Source: an uncultured Gemmatimonadales bacterium (GTDB lineage Bacteria; Gemmatimonadota; Gemmatimonadetes; Gemmatimonadales; Gemmatimonadaceae). From it: a stretch of 64,000 bases of DNA. Below are positions 10,078 through 21,035 of this stretch, piece after piece. The stretch is taken from assembly GCA_963793305.1 (NCBI GenBank), contig CAWBZV010000002.1, positions 576,001-640,000 on the forward strand. Direction: 5' to 3'. How positions within the stretch are numbered: position 1 is the stretch's first letter; the number at the start of each line of letters is the position of its first letter. Position numbers and translations under genes: made by a program. Below the pieces are notes generated by a model that saw only the letters and a list, made by a program, of their open reading frames with translations, made no database searches and had not been told where the DNA came from.

Positions 10078-12457
10078 ATGCGCGCGATCTGGATTCTCGT
10101 GCTCGCCGCCGTCCCCAGTGCCATGTGTATGGCGCAGGGACCGCCCGATGCGGCAACAGTGGCGGCGGCCGATGGCTACGGCGGAGTCGTTGCTGCCCTC
10201 GAGCCGTTCATCCAGCGCGAGTTGGCCGAGAAGGATATTCCGGCGTTGTCGATCGCGCTGGTCGACGATCAGCGGATCGTGTGGGCGCGCGGGTTCGGCA
10301 TTGCGAACGCGAAGGATTCGGCGAAAGCCACGGCCGCGACCATTTATCGCGTCGGGTCCGTCTCGAAGCTGTTCACGGACATCGGCGTGATGCATCTCGT
10401 CGAGCGCGGGCAACTCGATCTCGACGCGCCGATCAGTCGCTACCTCGCCGAATTTGCTCCCCACGACCGGTTCAACGGTCCGCCACCGGTGACGCTGCGG
10501 GAGCTGATGACGCACCGCGCGGGCCTCCCATTGGAGTCGCCCGTCGGCAGCTACGTGGACTCGACGACGCCGACGCTGGCGGCGACCGTCGCCAGCCTCA
10601 ACGAGGCGGCCCTGGTCTATCGGCCTGGATCGCACACGAAATACTCGAACGCGAGCGCGACCACGGCTGGTTACGCCATCGAGCGCACCCAAGGCGTTCC
10701 GTTCGCGCAGTGGATGGACCGCGAGGTCCTGGCCCCGTTCGGCTTCCGGCACAGCGGATTCGCGCTGACGTTCGACATGGTGCCCTTGCTCGCCGCCGGC
10801 ACGATGTGGACGTACGAGGGGCGGCGATTCCCCGCGCCGACGTTTCCCATTGGCGAGTCTCCCGCGATGGGGATGTACTCGAGCGTCACCGATCTCTCGC
10901 GGTTCATCAGCGCGTTGTTCACGTGGGGTCGCGGACCGCACGGGCCGGTGATCGCGCCGGCGACGCTTGCCGAGATGTGGCGGCCGCAATACGACACGAC
11001 GGTCGAGGGGGGCGTGCGCTATGGGCTCGGCTTCGCGATCTCATCGCTTGACGGGCATCGTCGCGTTGGGCATACGGGCTCGGTCTACGGGTTCGCGACC
11101 GATATCGCGCTCCTGCCCGAGGACCGGTTGGGTGTCGTCGTCATTTGCACGCTCGATGGGACGGGTCCGGTCGCGACGCGCATCTCGGACGCGGCACTGC
11201 GACTGATGCTCGCGCACCGCGGGGGACAGCCACTCGCGACCCCGGCGGATGATGCGGCCGTCCCGCCGCAGACCGCGGCCCGTCTCGAAGGCTGGTACCA
11301 CTCTGGGACCCGCGGCATTCTATCTCGAAGCACAGGAAGGCGCGTTGTACGCACGCTCCGCGCGAGGCGGGCAACGCTTGGAGCTTCGCACCATCGCCAA
11401 CGACACGCTGATTACCGACGATCGGCTCGGGTTCGGCAATCGCGTGTACCCGCTCGGCTTCGCGCTCATCGTGGACCGCGACACGTTGTGGCGCGCCGAG
11501 ATTCCGCAACCGACGCCGGTCAGCCCCCGCTGGATGGGACTCATCGGCGAGTACGGCGGCGACTACAACTCGCTCATCATCCTCGAGCGCGGTGGTCGAT
11601 TGATGGCGCTCGTCGACTGGTTCCAGGAGTATCCGCTCACGCAAGTCGGTGATCTCGACACGTACGCGTTCCCGGAGTGGGGCCTGTACGACGGTGAGCA
11701 GGTCACGTTCATCCGGGACGCGAACGGGAAGGCCGCGACGGCGGTCGCTGGCGGCGTCAGCTACGATCGGCGGATGCTCGGGCCCGACGATGGATCTCAA
11801 TTCCACATCACGCCCGTGCGGCCGATCGAGGAATTGCGCCGTGCCGCGCTCGCCGCGCAGCCGCCGGCGGAATCCGGTTCGTTCAACCCGACCGATCTCG
11901 TGGATGTCACGTCGCTCGATTCCACGATCAGGCTCGACATCCGCTACGCCACGAGCAACAACTTCCTCGGCGTGCCCGTGTACACCGAGGCCAAAGCCTA
12001 CCTGCAGCGCCCCGCGGCCGAGGCGCTGGTGCGCGTCAACCGTGCGTTGCGCCGGCAGGGGTATGGGCTGCTGATTCACGATGCCTACCGGCCATGGCAC
12101 GTGACCAAGCTGTTCTGGGATGCGACACCGCCGGAAGGCAAGGTCTTCGTGGCCGATCCGCAGCAAGGCTCGAATCACAATCGGGGGAGCGCCGTCGACC
12201 TCACGCTGTTCGACACCACGAGCGGGAAGGAAGTGCAGATGACCGGCGGGTACGACGAGATGTCGGATCGGAGCTATGCGTACTATCCGGGCGGCACGTC
12301 GCTCGAACGGTGGCGCCGCGATTTCTTGCGCCGGCTCATGGAGCAGCAAGGCTACCACGTGTACGACGCCGAATGGTGGCATTTCGACTTCGGTGACCCG
12401 AAGAAATATCGGATCGCCAATATCGATTTCGAACATCTGGCGATCGCCCGGCGGTGA
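10078..12457 (+). CDS. Serine hydrolase (beta-lactamase family) fused to VanX-type D-Ala-D-Ala dipeptidase; apparent +1 frameshift near 11314
   Basis: N-half has SVSK, YSN, HTG; C-half has DIRYAT, DAYRP, SNHNRGSAVD, EWWHF; frames join at CGCGGCATTC. Confidence 0.85.
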
Positions 12458-13053
12458 TTACCGTCCGGCATCTGTCGGGCGCCGAGGATCTCGACGCCTG
12501 CGTGCGCATGCAGCGCGAGACCTGGGGCGCCGATTGGGTGGTGCCGTACCCGATGCTGCTCGTGTCGCAGAAGCTCGGCGGCATCCTGGCTGGGGCGTTC
12601 GATGGCAACGGGCCGATGCTCGGCTTCGTGTTCGGCGTGGCAGGGGTCATCGCCGGTGACATCGTGCACTGGTCCGACATGCTGGCCGTGCACGCCGACG
12701 CCCGCAATCGTGGGATCGGGCGGGCGCTCAAGCGGTTTCAACGCGATGCGGTGCTGGCAATGGGGATCAAAACCATGTACTGGACGTACGATCCCCAGAT
12801 CGCGCGCAACGCCCACCTGAATTTGAATGTGTTGGGCGCCGAGGTGACCGAATACGTGCCGGACATGTACGGGCCGGGCACGGATCGATTCATCGTTCGC
12901 TGGTGTCTCGATGGCCATGCGCCGCGCCGACACGGCCCTGAAGAGGGGCGCATTGAGATTCCGGCGACACGCACCGAGTTCGAGCGGGCATTTGCGGACG
13001 GCCTCCGCGTGAGCGGATTCGACCGCACGCACTACATCCTGACGCGAGCATGA
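12454..13053 (+). CDS. GNAT family N-acyltransferase of the NSAR-associated type
   Basis: WSDMLAV...RNRGIGRALK, WTYDP..ARNAHLNL..LGA, YVPDMYG; GTGA overlap with the upstream gene. Confidence 0.85.
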   Translation: MITVRHLSGAEDLDACVRMQRETWGADWVVPYPMLLVSQKLGGILAGAFDGNGPMLGFVFGVAGVIAGDIVHWSDMLAVHADARNRGIGRALKRFQRDAVLAMGIKTMYWTYDPQIARNAHLNLNVLGAEVTEYVPDMYGPGTDRFIVRWCLDGHAPRRHGPEEGRIEIPATRTEFERAFADGLRVSGFDRTHYILTRA

Positions 13054-14171
13054 GAATACAACAGATCACTCTCCGCGAGCTGCACTTGCCGCTCCGCGAG
13101 CCGTTCCGCATCTCCTCGGGCGTGGTGAGCGAGCGCCGGATCTTCCTGCTTGAGCTGCGCGATGCCGATGGCACCGTCGAATGGTCGGAATGTGTCGCGG
13201 GCGAGCACCCGAACTACACGTCCGAGACCGTCGAGACGGCGTGGATGGCCATCACCTCATGGCTCGCCCCACGCGTGCTCGGCGTTGACTTCGCCTCTCC
13301 CGCCGACGTTGCGCCCGCGCTCGATCGCGATCTCCGCGGCCATTCGATGGCCAAAGCGGCGATCGAGATGGGTTCGTGGGGTCTCACGGCGCGCCGCTCG
13401 GGGGTATCGCTCTCTCACCTCCTCGGCGGCACTCGCGATCGAATCGTTACTGGGATCTCCCTCGGCATTCAGGCGAATCCCGATGCGCTCGTCGCCCGTG
13501 CTCGCGCCGCGAGAGCCGACGGCTATCGCAAGATCAAGCTCAAGATCATGCCCGGCAAAGATGTCGAGTATGTCGGCGCCGTTCGGGAAGCCCTCGGCCC
13601 CGACGCCCACATCATGGCCGATGCCAACTCGGCATACACGCTGGCCCAGGCGGATCATCTGGCGAAGCTCGATGCATTCGATCTGATCATGATCGAGCAG
13701 CCGTTGGGCCAGGATGATTTGGTACGTCACGCGGCACTCCAACGCCGACTCTCGACCCCAATCTGTCTCGACGAGTCGATCACGAGTCTCGATCGCGCCG
13801 AAGACATGCTGACGCTGGGCTCGGGCCGGATCATCAACATCAAACCGGGCCGGGTCGGCGGGTTCTCCGTATCGAAGGCCATTCACGACACGTGCGAGCG
13901 CGCCAACGTTCCGGTGTGGTGTGGTGGTATGCTGGAGAGCGGGGTAGGGCGCGCCTACAACGTCGCGCTCGCGTCCTTGCCGAACTTCAAGCTGCCGGGC
14001 GACCTGAGCCCGAGCGCGCGGTATTGGGAGCGAGACATCGTGACGCCCGAGTGGACGATGGACGCTGATGGCATGGTGAAAGTGCCGCGAGAGAAACCAG
14101 GTACAGGGGTCACGGTCGACGTTGACCGCGTCGACAATCTCACCGTTCGACGCGAAGTGATCCACGCGTGA
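13050..14171 (+). CDS. menC: o-succinylbenzoate synthase / N-acylamino acid racemase (enolase superfamily)
   Basis: KIKLKI, DANSAY, IEQPL, LDES, NIKPGRVGG, WCGGMLESG, PGDLS. Confidence 0.9.
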   Translation: MRIQQITLRELHLPLREPFRISSGVVSERRIFLLELRDADGTVEWSECVAGEHPNYTSETVETAWMAITSWLAPRVLGVDFASPADVAPALDRDLRGHSMAKAAIEMGSWGLTARRSGVSLSHLLGGTRDRIVTGISLGIQANPDALVARARAARADGYRKIKLKIMPGKDVEYVGAVREALGPDAHIMADANSAYTLAQADHLAKLDAFDLIMIEQPLGQDDLVRHAALQRRLSTPICLDESITSLDRAEDMLTLGSGRIINIKPGRVGGFSVSKAIHDTCERANVPVWCGGMLESGVGRAYNVALASLPNFKLPGDLSPSARYWERDIVTPEWTMDADGMVKVPREKPGTGVTVDVDRVDNLTVRREVIHA

Positions 14172-14875
14172 GGCGTTGGTTTCTGGTCATCGCACTGGCG
14201 AGCCTGCCGGAGCGCGTGTACGCGCAGCGCGCCAGCGATCTGGAAGTCGGTGGCGTGTTCGTGCTGAGTGCGGTCGCTCTGACTCCGCTCGACGGCCGGG
14301 TGCACGACTTCATGAAGCAGCCGGCGCTCCAATCGAACGTGCCCCTCCATCGTTCGGCGAGCACGATCAGCTTCCTGATACTGCCGGGGACGGCCGGGCT
14401 CCTGCTCGGCACCTATGTCGCGGGGCAGGTGGGTCACGATCGCGGCTTGGCCGAGATCGGATTCCACGGCGGTGAGGCGATCTTCCTGAGTGAGCTCGTG
14501 ACCGGCGCCTTGAAGATCGCACTGGGCCGCTCGCGTCCGACCATCAGTCCCGATGACCCCTACCAGTTTCATCCGGGCGGGGCCCTCGGCCACGATGATC
14601 AGGGATCATTTCCGTCGGCGCACGCCACGGCCGCGTTTGCGCTCGCGGCGGTCCTGAGCGCGGAGAGCGCGCGGTGGTGGCACCATGCGGGGTGGGTGGG
14701 GCCCGTCGCGTACGGTGCCGCCGGCACGGCGGGGTTGGCTCGCGTCTACCTCGGGAAGCACTGGCTAAGCGATGTGCTCGCGGGCGCCGGCATCGGGATC
14801 GCCGGTGGCCTACTCGTCACGCACTTCAGTGAGTCCCACCCGAACAACGCGCTCGACCGCGCGTTCCTGCCCTGA
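14168..14875 (+). CDS. PAP2 family phosphatase
   Basis: K..LGRSRP, SFPSAH, ARVYLGKHWLSDV. Confidence 0.88.
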   Translation: MRRWFLVIALASLPERVYAQRASDLEVGGVFVLSAVALTPLDGRVHDFMKQPALQSNVPLHRSASTISFLILPGTAGLLLGTYVAGQVGHDRGLAEIGFHGGEAIFLSELVTGALKIALGRSRPTISPDDPYQFHPGGALGHDDQGSFPSAHATAAFALAAVLSAESARWWHHAGWVGPVAYGAAGTAGLARVYLGKHWLSDVLAGAGIGIAGGLLVTHFSESHPNNALDRAFLP

Positions 14876-16033
14876 CAACACTTCGCGATAGCTGACATCG
14901 AGGCGATCGAGCTCGTGGTCCCACGAGAGCGCCTCGGCGGTGCGCCGTGCACCCTCGCTCAAGCGTCTCGTCCGCTCCGGATCCGTCGCCAGCGACACAA
15001 TAGCGGCCGCCATCTGTTCGACATCGCTGGGCGGATAGGCGATGCCGTTGATGCCATCTCGGAGATGATCCGCCACTCCTCCGGCTGGCGCCGCAATCAC
15101 CGGTAGCCCTGAGGCCATGGCCTCGAGGACCACCAAGCCGAGCGTCTCGGTCAGCGAGGCGAACAGGAACGCATTGCTCGACGCATAGAGCGCCGGTAGC
15201 TCGGTGTGGCGATCGAGGTACCCGAGAAAGATCACACCCTCGGGTGCCGCTGCCCGCACGGCCGCTTCTTTTGGCCCAGCTCCGGCTATCACCAATCGGG
15301 TCGAGTCGGGCGGGAGCCGTTGGATGGCGCGCGCATACGCTTCGACGATCATCTCGGCGTTCTTCTCGTTCGCCAACCGCCCGACGTAGAGAAACGTGAA
15401 CCGATCCCCGAGCTGGAGGCGTTCGCGCAGCGACGCGCTCCGGTGTTTCGGCGAGTACACATTGATGTCGACGCCGCGTCCCCAGACTTCCACGTCGCGC
15501 ACGCCGTTCTTGAGCAAGTCTTCACGCGACGGCCCGGATGGCGTGTACGTCCGCACGCTCCGGCGATGAAAGCGCGCGATGTAACTCATGACCGGCTGTC
15601 GGAGCCAACCAACCCCGTATTCGGCGGTGTAGCGACTGAAGTCCGTGTGATAGGACGACACGCGAGGGATGCCGAGCGTGGCGCCAACGAGCTGCCCCAT
15701 GCGCCCGATGACGAACTCGGTCTCGCTGTGAATGAGATGGGGCCGAAATCGACGGGCCAGGTGGAGGACGGAGAAGTACGAGGGAGCCGAGAGGCGAATG
15801 TCGCGATACCAAGGGAAGGGCAGGCTCGGAATTGAGAGCACCTGGAGTTGTCCATTCCGCGCGTGCTCGGTGAAGACGTCGGTCTCCTCGGCCGGGTAGC
15901 TCGGCGCGACGACGGCGCATTCCCAGCCGCGCGCGAGGAGGCCCGCAGCGGAGAGGGCCGTGACGACGGACACGCCGTTCACTTGCGGCGGGTATGTATC
16001 GGTGCAGAACAGTACTCGCATTGGAACCGTCAT
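14810..16033 (-). CDS. Glycosyltransferase family 4
   Basis: TDTYPPQVNGV, SSYHTDF, VWGRGVD, YVGRLANEK, ETLGLVVLEAMASGLPV. Confidence 0.92.
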   Translation of the reverse strand: MTVPMRVLFCTDTYPPQVNGVSVVTALSAAGLLARGWECAVVAPSYPAEETDVFTEHARNGQLQVLSIPSLPFPWYRDIRLSAPSYFSVLHLARRFRPHLIHSETEFVIGRMGQLVGATLGIPRVSSYHTDFSRYTAEYGVGWLRQPVMSYIARFHRRSVRTYTPSGPSREDLLKNGVRDVEVWGRGVDINVYSPKHRSASLRERLQLGDRFTFLYVGRLANEKNAEMIVEAYARAIQRLPPDSTRLVIAGAGPKEAAVRAAAPEGVIFLGYLDRHTELPALYASSNAFLFASLTETLGLVVLEAMASGLPVIAAPAGGVADHLRDGINGIAYPPSDVEQMAAAIVSLATDPERTRRLSEGARRTAEALSWDHELDRLDVSYREVLSGQERAVERVVRVGLTEVRDE

Positions 16034-16157
16034 CGAAGCGTTACGCATCTGTCGCGCGCCATGGTGGTATCCATTACCCCAAATCGCGAAGTTATGTAGC
16101 GGATGAGAGTTGCGCGCTGCGCGCGCGGCAATGTATCCCACCCGTGATGGAGCCGCC

Positions 16158-17003
16158 ATGACCGGTCCCACAGACGTCCGACGAGTTGTCCTGGTCGTAC
16201 TCGACGGCCTGCGCCCGGACGCCATTGAACGCTACAGTCTGTCTCATATCCGAGGCCTGGCCGCCGCGAGCGCGTCGACAATGGCCGGAAGCTCGGTCAG
16301 TCCCAGCGTCACTGCTGCCGCGATGGCTTCGATCCTGAGCGGCGCGCCGCCCCAGTACCACGGCCTGGAGAGCGATCGCTTCCATATTCCGCGATCGCGA
16401 GGACCTGTCCACCTTCTCCCTCGTGTCCTAGCCGATGCCGGATATCCGACATCGGCTTTTGTGCATTCAGTACCCCGCTTGTACGCGGGCTTGTCCAAGC
16501 GCATCGCCCGACACCTCGGTGTGGCCGAGGCGCATTTCAAGGGTGTGGGCGCGCTCGATATTCTCGAGGCCGCGAAACCAACCCTTCGGACCCAACGTCG
16601 TGGTCTCGTGCTCATGCACTGGCCGGACGCGGATCGTGCGGGGCACGACCACGGATGGATGTCACGAGAGTATGAGCGAGCCGCACGGGCCCTCGACGCG
16701 GGAGTTGGCGCGCTCGTCACCGAGCTCGATCCCGCGCGGGATCCGGCGACGGTGCTGATGGCGTTCGCCGACCACGGCGGAGGTGGTGCGGTTCCGAATG
16801 ACCACGATAGCGACCATCCATTGGATCGGACGATTCCTGTGATGTTATCTGGAGCGAGCATCGAGCCATGCGAGCTCTCGACTCCGGTCACGTTGCTCGA
16901 CATCCCGGCCACTCTTCTCTGGGCACTCGGCGTGCCCCGGCCTGCTTCCTATACCGGACGGGTGCTTACTGAGGCCTTTACGGCAGCGGCGGCAGCGGCA
17001 TAA
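16158..17003 (+). CDS. Alkaline phosphatase superfamily / nucleotide pyrophosphatase-like protein
   Basis: VLDGLRPD, PSVT, DRAGHDHG, ADHGG, DH. Confidence 0.85.
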   Translation: MTGPTDVRRVVLVVLDGLRPDAIERYSLSHIRGLAAASASTMAGSSVSPSVTAAAMASILSGAPPQYHGLESDRFHIPRSRGPVHLLPRVLADAGYPTSAFVHSVPRLYAGLSKRIARHLGVAEAHFKGVGALDILEAAKPTLRTQRRGLVLMHWPDADRAGHDHGWMSREYERAARALDAGVGALVTELDPARDPATVLMAFADHGGGGAVPNDHDSDHPLDRTIPVMLSGASIEPCELSTPVTLLDIPATLLWALGVPRPASYTGRVLTEAFTAAAAAA

Positions 17004-17092
17004 GGCATTTTGCAAGACTTATAGAGGCTACGTTACGTGTTTGTTGCTGGTGCCAGGTGTTGATGTCACGCAACACTACTAACCTATAGGCT

Positions 17093-17617
17093 ATGGCTAC
17101 GTCCCTGTTTCAGCGTCTGGACGCGCGCGATCGGGCCCTCTTCGACCGCTGGACGATCGATCGGTCAACGGCAGGCCGTCGCGCTTGGATTGTTGTGACG
17201 CACATGGGAGGCCTCTGGTGCAGCGTGGCGGCGGCAACCGTCCCGCTGCTCGCCGCGAGCGCCACGCTGCGGGCGGCGGCGTTCCGGGCGTTTCTCGGAC
17301 TCGCCATTTCGCACGTGATCGTGCAGATCCTCAAGCGCAACGTGTTGCGCGTGCGGCCGACCGAGGAGCTCGGGCACGAGTCGCTGGTCCGGGTACCCGA
17401 CGAGTTCTCGTTCCCGTCAGGTCATGCGACGGCCGCGATGGCGGTGGCTCTGGCCTACGCGATGGCGTTCCCAATGCTCGCGTTGCCGCTCGTCGCGCTG
17501 GCGACGCTCGTCGGGTTCTCGCGCGTGTGTTTGGGCGTTCATTACCCGAGCGACGTGCTGGCGGGTCAGACGATCGCGATCGTCACGGACCTCGTTGTCT
17601 TCGCCGTGGTTCGCTGA
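17093..17617 (+). CDS. PAP2 family phosphatase
   Basis: K....RVRP, FSFPSGH, SRVCLGVHYPSDV. Confidence 0.9.
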   Translation: MATSLFQRLDARDRALFDRWTIDRSTAGRRAWIVVTHMGGLWCSVAAATVPLLAASATLRAAAFRAFLGLAISHVIVQILKRNVLRVRPTEELGHESLVRVPDEFSFPSGHATAAMAVALAYAMAFPMLALPLVALATLVGFSRVCLGVHYPSDVLAGQTIAIVTDLVVFAVVR

Positions 17618-17666
17618 GCGACGGCTCATAGTTGCGACATTTGGGTTTCGGTCGTGATGTGGGGTG

Positions 17667-18188
17667 ATGGCCTCCCCCCAGCGCATCCCGGAACCGAAGT
17701 CGCTGACGCCGTTAGCGGCGCAGCTCAAGCGTGAACGGCTCAGGTTCTCGAACTTCCGATTTGCGCGGACCCCATCGGGGTTATGTACGGCCGAAGTCGA
17801 GCTCGAGTGGCTCGATGGGGTTTCCGTGGTTGGCCGGGCAACGGGGCAGTCGAGTCCCATGGGCGACCTCAGGGTCGCTGCCGAAGCGGCTCTCAAAGCA
17901 CTGGAAAACTTTGCTGGCGGGGCGCTGGCGTTCGAGCTGGCCGGTATCAAGGCGTTACGGGCGTTCGACGCCAATATCGTGATCGTGGCTGTCGGCCTTC
18001 GGAAGGGCGAAGGGCCGACCCGGCTCCTCGGCAGCTATCTTGCCGAGCAAGACCCCGTCCGCGCCGCTGTGGTCGCCGTGCTTAACGCTACGAATCGAAT
18101 TCTCGGCAACTTTATATCGACCGATGAGTTCGGCAGTATCGAACTCATCCCCGACCGACCAGTCGAGCACCGCGCAGCGGCTGCATGA
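17667..18188 (+). CDS. Hypothetical protein
   Basis: Clean ORF with alpha/beta pattern ending AVVAVLNATNR. Confidence 0.7.
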   Translation: MASPQRIPEPKSLTPLAAQLKRERLRFSNFRFARTPSGLCTAEVELEWLDGVSVVGRATGQSSPMGDLRVAAEAALKALENFAGGALAFELAGIKALRAFDANIVIVAVGLRKGEGPTRLLGSYLAEQDPVRAAVVAVLNATNRILGNFISTDEFGSIELIPDRPVEHRAAAA

Positions 18189-18252
18189 CGTGCGGCGGAG
18201 CCGCGCTCGGTTAAAGGACCCGGACCCAGCTACCGGGGTACGGCAGGCCAAG

Positions 18253-19737
18253 ATGCGCCGTATCGCCCTTCTGGTCGCTTTTTCGGCCGTGGGGGCCTGT
18301 GGTGGGCACCACGCCCCGCCAGCGGCTCCACCGGCCCCTGTGGCGTCATCGGGCGCCCCAATGCCGTCCCCGGCCACGGAGCCGGCCCAGGCGCCTTCGC
18401 CGCCGGCCGATACGATGGTCCCGACCGTCGAGATCTCCAAAGAGTACACATTCGTTTTCGGAGACTCGTCGCGGAGTCCTTCGCTGGACACCGCGACGAC
18501 ACCGGCCGAATCCGCGGCCGTCCACTGGGACATGGACGTCAAGTCGTACGAGACGCAGCGTCGCGTCGCGCATTTCGTCTCGATCTTCGCCGGTGAGGCG
18601 CGCGATCACTTCGAGGAGCGCGTACAGCGCGGCACACGATACGAGCCCATGATCCGCGCCAAGCTCCACGCTGCGGGCCTGCCCGAAGACATGACGTACC
18701 TGGCGCTGATCGAGAGCGGCTACTCACCTCACGCGTACTCGTCCGCTGCCGCCGTCGGGATGTGGCAGCTCATGACGTTGACCGCGCGCGGCGCAGGATT
18801 GCGCGTCGATTGGTGGATCGATGAGCGTCGCGATCCGGTCCGCTCGACCGATGCGGCGATCAAGTTCCTCAAGTATCTCAAAGATCAATTCGGGTCGCCG
18901 TATCTCGCCGCCGCGGCATACGACGGCGGCCCGGGTCGTATCGCACGCGGGTTGAGTCGCTACGCGAGCGATTTCGAAGGCCAGAATGGCGACGACATCT
19001 TCTTCGCGCTCGCTGACAAGAAGTATCTCCGCAGCGAGACCAAGGATTACGTGCCGCAGCTCATCGCGGCCGCGCTCGTCGCCAAGCAGCCCGCGCGCTA
19101 CGGGCTCCACATTACGCCCGAGGAGCCGTACGCCTACGACTCCGTACGCGTCGGCCCCGCCACGCCGCTCGCCGCGGTTGCCAAGGCCCTCAACGTGCCG
19201 ACCAGCACGATCCTCGATCTCAACCCCTTCGTGTTGCGCGGCATGACGCCGCCGCGCGACTCATTTCTCGTGCGCGTGCCGACGGGGAACGCCGATGGCT
19301 TCGACTCGGCGTTCGCTGGGCTGGCCAAGGCGCAACGCACGGGGGTCACGCGCGTCGAGGCGAAGAAGGGCGACTCGTTCGCGACGATCGCGCACCGCGC
19401 CGGGCTCACGAGCCGGCAGGTCGCGGCCTACAACCCGAAGACCCCGCACACGAAATCCGGCCGCATCCCCGCGGGCGAGGTCGTGATGGTGCCGAGCAAT
19501 GCCGTCGTCGCGGCCTCGCTGGACGTGCCGGATCCTTCGATCGAGCGCTATGGCTCGTCAGGCCGCGGCAGCATCCACATCGTGAAGAAAGGCGAGTCGC
19601 TCGGCCTCATCGCGGTGCACTATCACACGACGGTCGCCCGCTTGATGCAGCTCAACGGCCTGCGCAAAAGCATCATTCTGCCGGGGCAGGCGCTCGTAGT
19701 CTCCGGCTCCGCCGGTCGCGCCAAGCATCGGTCCTAA
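18253..19737 (+). CDS. MltD-like lytic transglycosylase lipoprotein with LysM domains
   Basis: Lipobox VGAC; LALIESG, AVGMWQL, DERRDP, ETKDYVP; C-terminal LysM HIVKKGESL. Confidence 0.92.
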   Translation: MRRIALLVAFSAVGACGGHHAPPAAPPAPVASSGAPMPSPATEPAQAPSPPADTMVPTVEISKEYTFVFGDSSRSPSLDTATTPAESAAVHWDMDVKSYETQRRVAHFVSIFAGEARDHFEERVQRGTRYEPMIRAKLHAAGLPEDMTYLALIESGYSPHAYSSAAAVGMWQLMTLTARGAGLRVDWWIDERRDPVRSTDAAIKFLKYLKDQFGSPYLAAAAYDGGPGRIARGLSRYASDFEGQNGDDIFFALADKKYLRSETKDYVPQLIAAALVAKQPARYGLHITPEEPYAYDSVRVGPATPLAAVAKALNVPTSTILDLNPFVLRGMTPPRDSFLVRVPTGNADGFDSAFAGLAKAQRTGVTRVEAKKGDSFATIAHRAGLTSRQVAAYNPKTPHTKSGRIPAGEVVMVPSNAVVAASLDVPDPSIERYGSSGRGSIHIVKKGESLGLIAVHYHTTVARLMQLNGLRKSIILPGQALVVSGSAGRAKHRS

Positions 19738-19808
19738 GCGCCAGTCCTGATGCACAACGGGGCCGACCAATTACGGCCGACCCCGTTCGCTGTATGCGTT
19801 CGTCGACG

Positions 19809-20492
19809 TTAGTCGACCACGCCTTTGCCTTTGTAGCCTTTCATCACGAGATGCTCGTACCCGTTCGACGGGTCGAGACCCGCTTGGCGTGATTCGTTGA
19901 CCGCCGTTTCCCCGCGATTGTAGATCAGCAGCGCGAGCTTCATGTTGCCGTGATTCTCACGCACCAACGCGCGGAGATACCGGAGCCCGCACCGCAAGTT
20001 CGTCTCGCGATCATACAACGCGTCGCGCGTCACGCCCGGGACAAAGAAGCGAGCCGTCGCCGGCATGACCTGCGTGAGCCCGACCGCGCCCACGGGGCTC
20101 AGCGCGTGATCATTGAACTCGCTCTCGACTCTCACGAGACGGAACGCGAGCTCCGGCTCAATGCCTTCGGCCAACGCGACATCATAGATCGACGACGCGA
20201 GATCGGCCGCGACATGATACCGCGTCGAGAACGCAAACACGGCCTGCATACGCTCGAGCTGTGCGGTGGCGAGATCGAGCTTGCCCCGCGTCTCGTCGAG
20301 CTGATTCCTCAGATCGGACGACCCCATAACGAGCAACGGCGATACTTCTGCCCGCGCCTCGCTCGGCCGATGGCCCTCGAACGCGACGACGCCTACACCG
20401 CAGGCGAGGACGGCAATGATGCCGTTCCGCCAGCGAGCCCGACGACGTTCGATCTCTCCCCGACGCGCATACCCACTCTTGTATTGTCGCAT
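19809..20492 (-). CDS. SLT-domain lytic transglycosylase
   Basis: LVRVESEF, SPVGAVGLTQVMPATA, ALLIYNRG. Confidence 0.88.
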   Translation of the reverse strand: MRQYKSGYARRGEIERRRARWRNGIIAVLACGVGVVAFEGHRPSEARAEVSPLLVMGSSDLRNQLDETRGKLDLATAQLERMQAVFAFSTRYHVAADLASSIYDVALAEGIEPELAFRLVRVESEFNDHALSPVGAVGLTQVMPATARFFVPGVTRDALYDRETNLRCGLRYLRALVRENHGNMKLALLIYNRGETAVNESRQAGLDPSNGYEHLVMKGYKGKGVVD

Positions 20493-20552
20493 TGGATTTT
20501 TGTCCTGATTCAGAGAAAACGTGGGTCCAACCAGGCGCAACCGCCGTGCCAC

Positions 20553-21035
20553 TCATGAGCGGGTCCACGAGCCGCCCGCGCCGCCGTGCTTTTCCTGGAG
20601 CATAACGTCCGAAATCACCAGGGTCTTATCTATGGCTTTCACCATGTCATACACGGTGATCAAGCTCACCGCGACGGCGGTCAACGCTTCCATCTCAACT
20701 CCTGTCTTTCCGACAGTCTTGGCGATAGCCTCAGCCCGGAGACCCGGAAGCGCGTCGTCTGCAAAAAGACTGACCTGAAGGTCCGTCAATGGCAAGGGGT
20801 GACACAGCGGTATCAATTCTGCAGTACGTTTTCCTGCCATTATACCAGCAACACGTGATACGCTGAGAACGTCGCCTTTCGCGACAGTGTTTTTTTTGAT
20901 CGCTGACAGCGTATCGGCGTTCATGCGAATGGCACCTGTCGCGCGTGCAACACGAACCGTGTCGTTCTTATGTGTAACATCGACCATCCGTGCGGAGCCA
21001 TCCGCGTCGATGTGATTCAGATCACGTTCGCTCAT
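20553..21035 (-). CDS. moaC: Cyclic pyranopterin monophosphate synthase
   Basis: ARMVDV, LIPLCHPL, TGVEMEAL, YDMVKA. Confidence 0.97.
   Translation of the reverse strand: MSERDLNHIDADGSARMVDVTHKNDTVRVARATGAIRMNADTLSAIKKNTVAKGDVLSVSRVAGIMAGKRTAELIPLCHPLPLTDLQVSLFADDALPGLRAEAIAKTVGKTGVEMEALTAVAVSLITVYDMVKAIDKTLVISDVMLQEKHGGAGGSWTRS

Noticed and set aside
10078..12457. Vancomycin or beta-lactam resistance locus
   Set aside because: No vanA/H/R/S genes; the fusion and operon context fit peptide metabolism.
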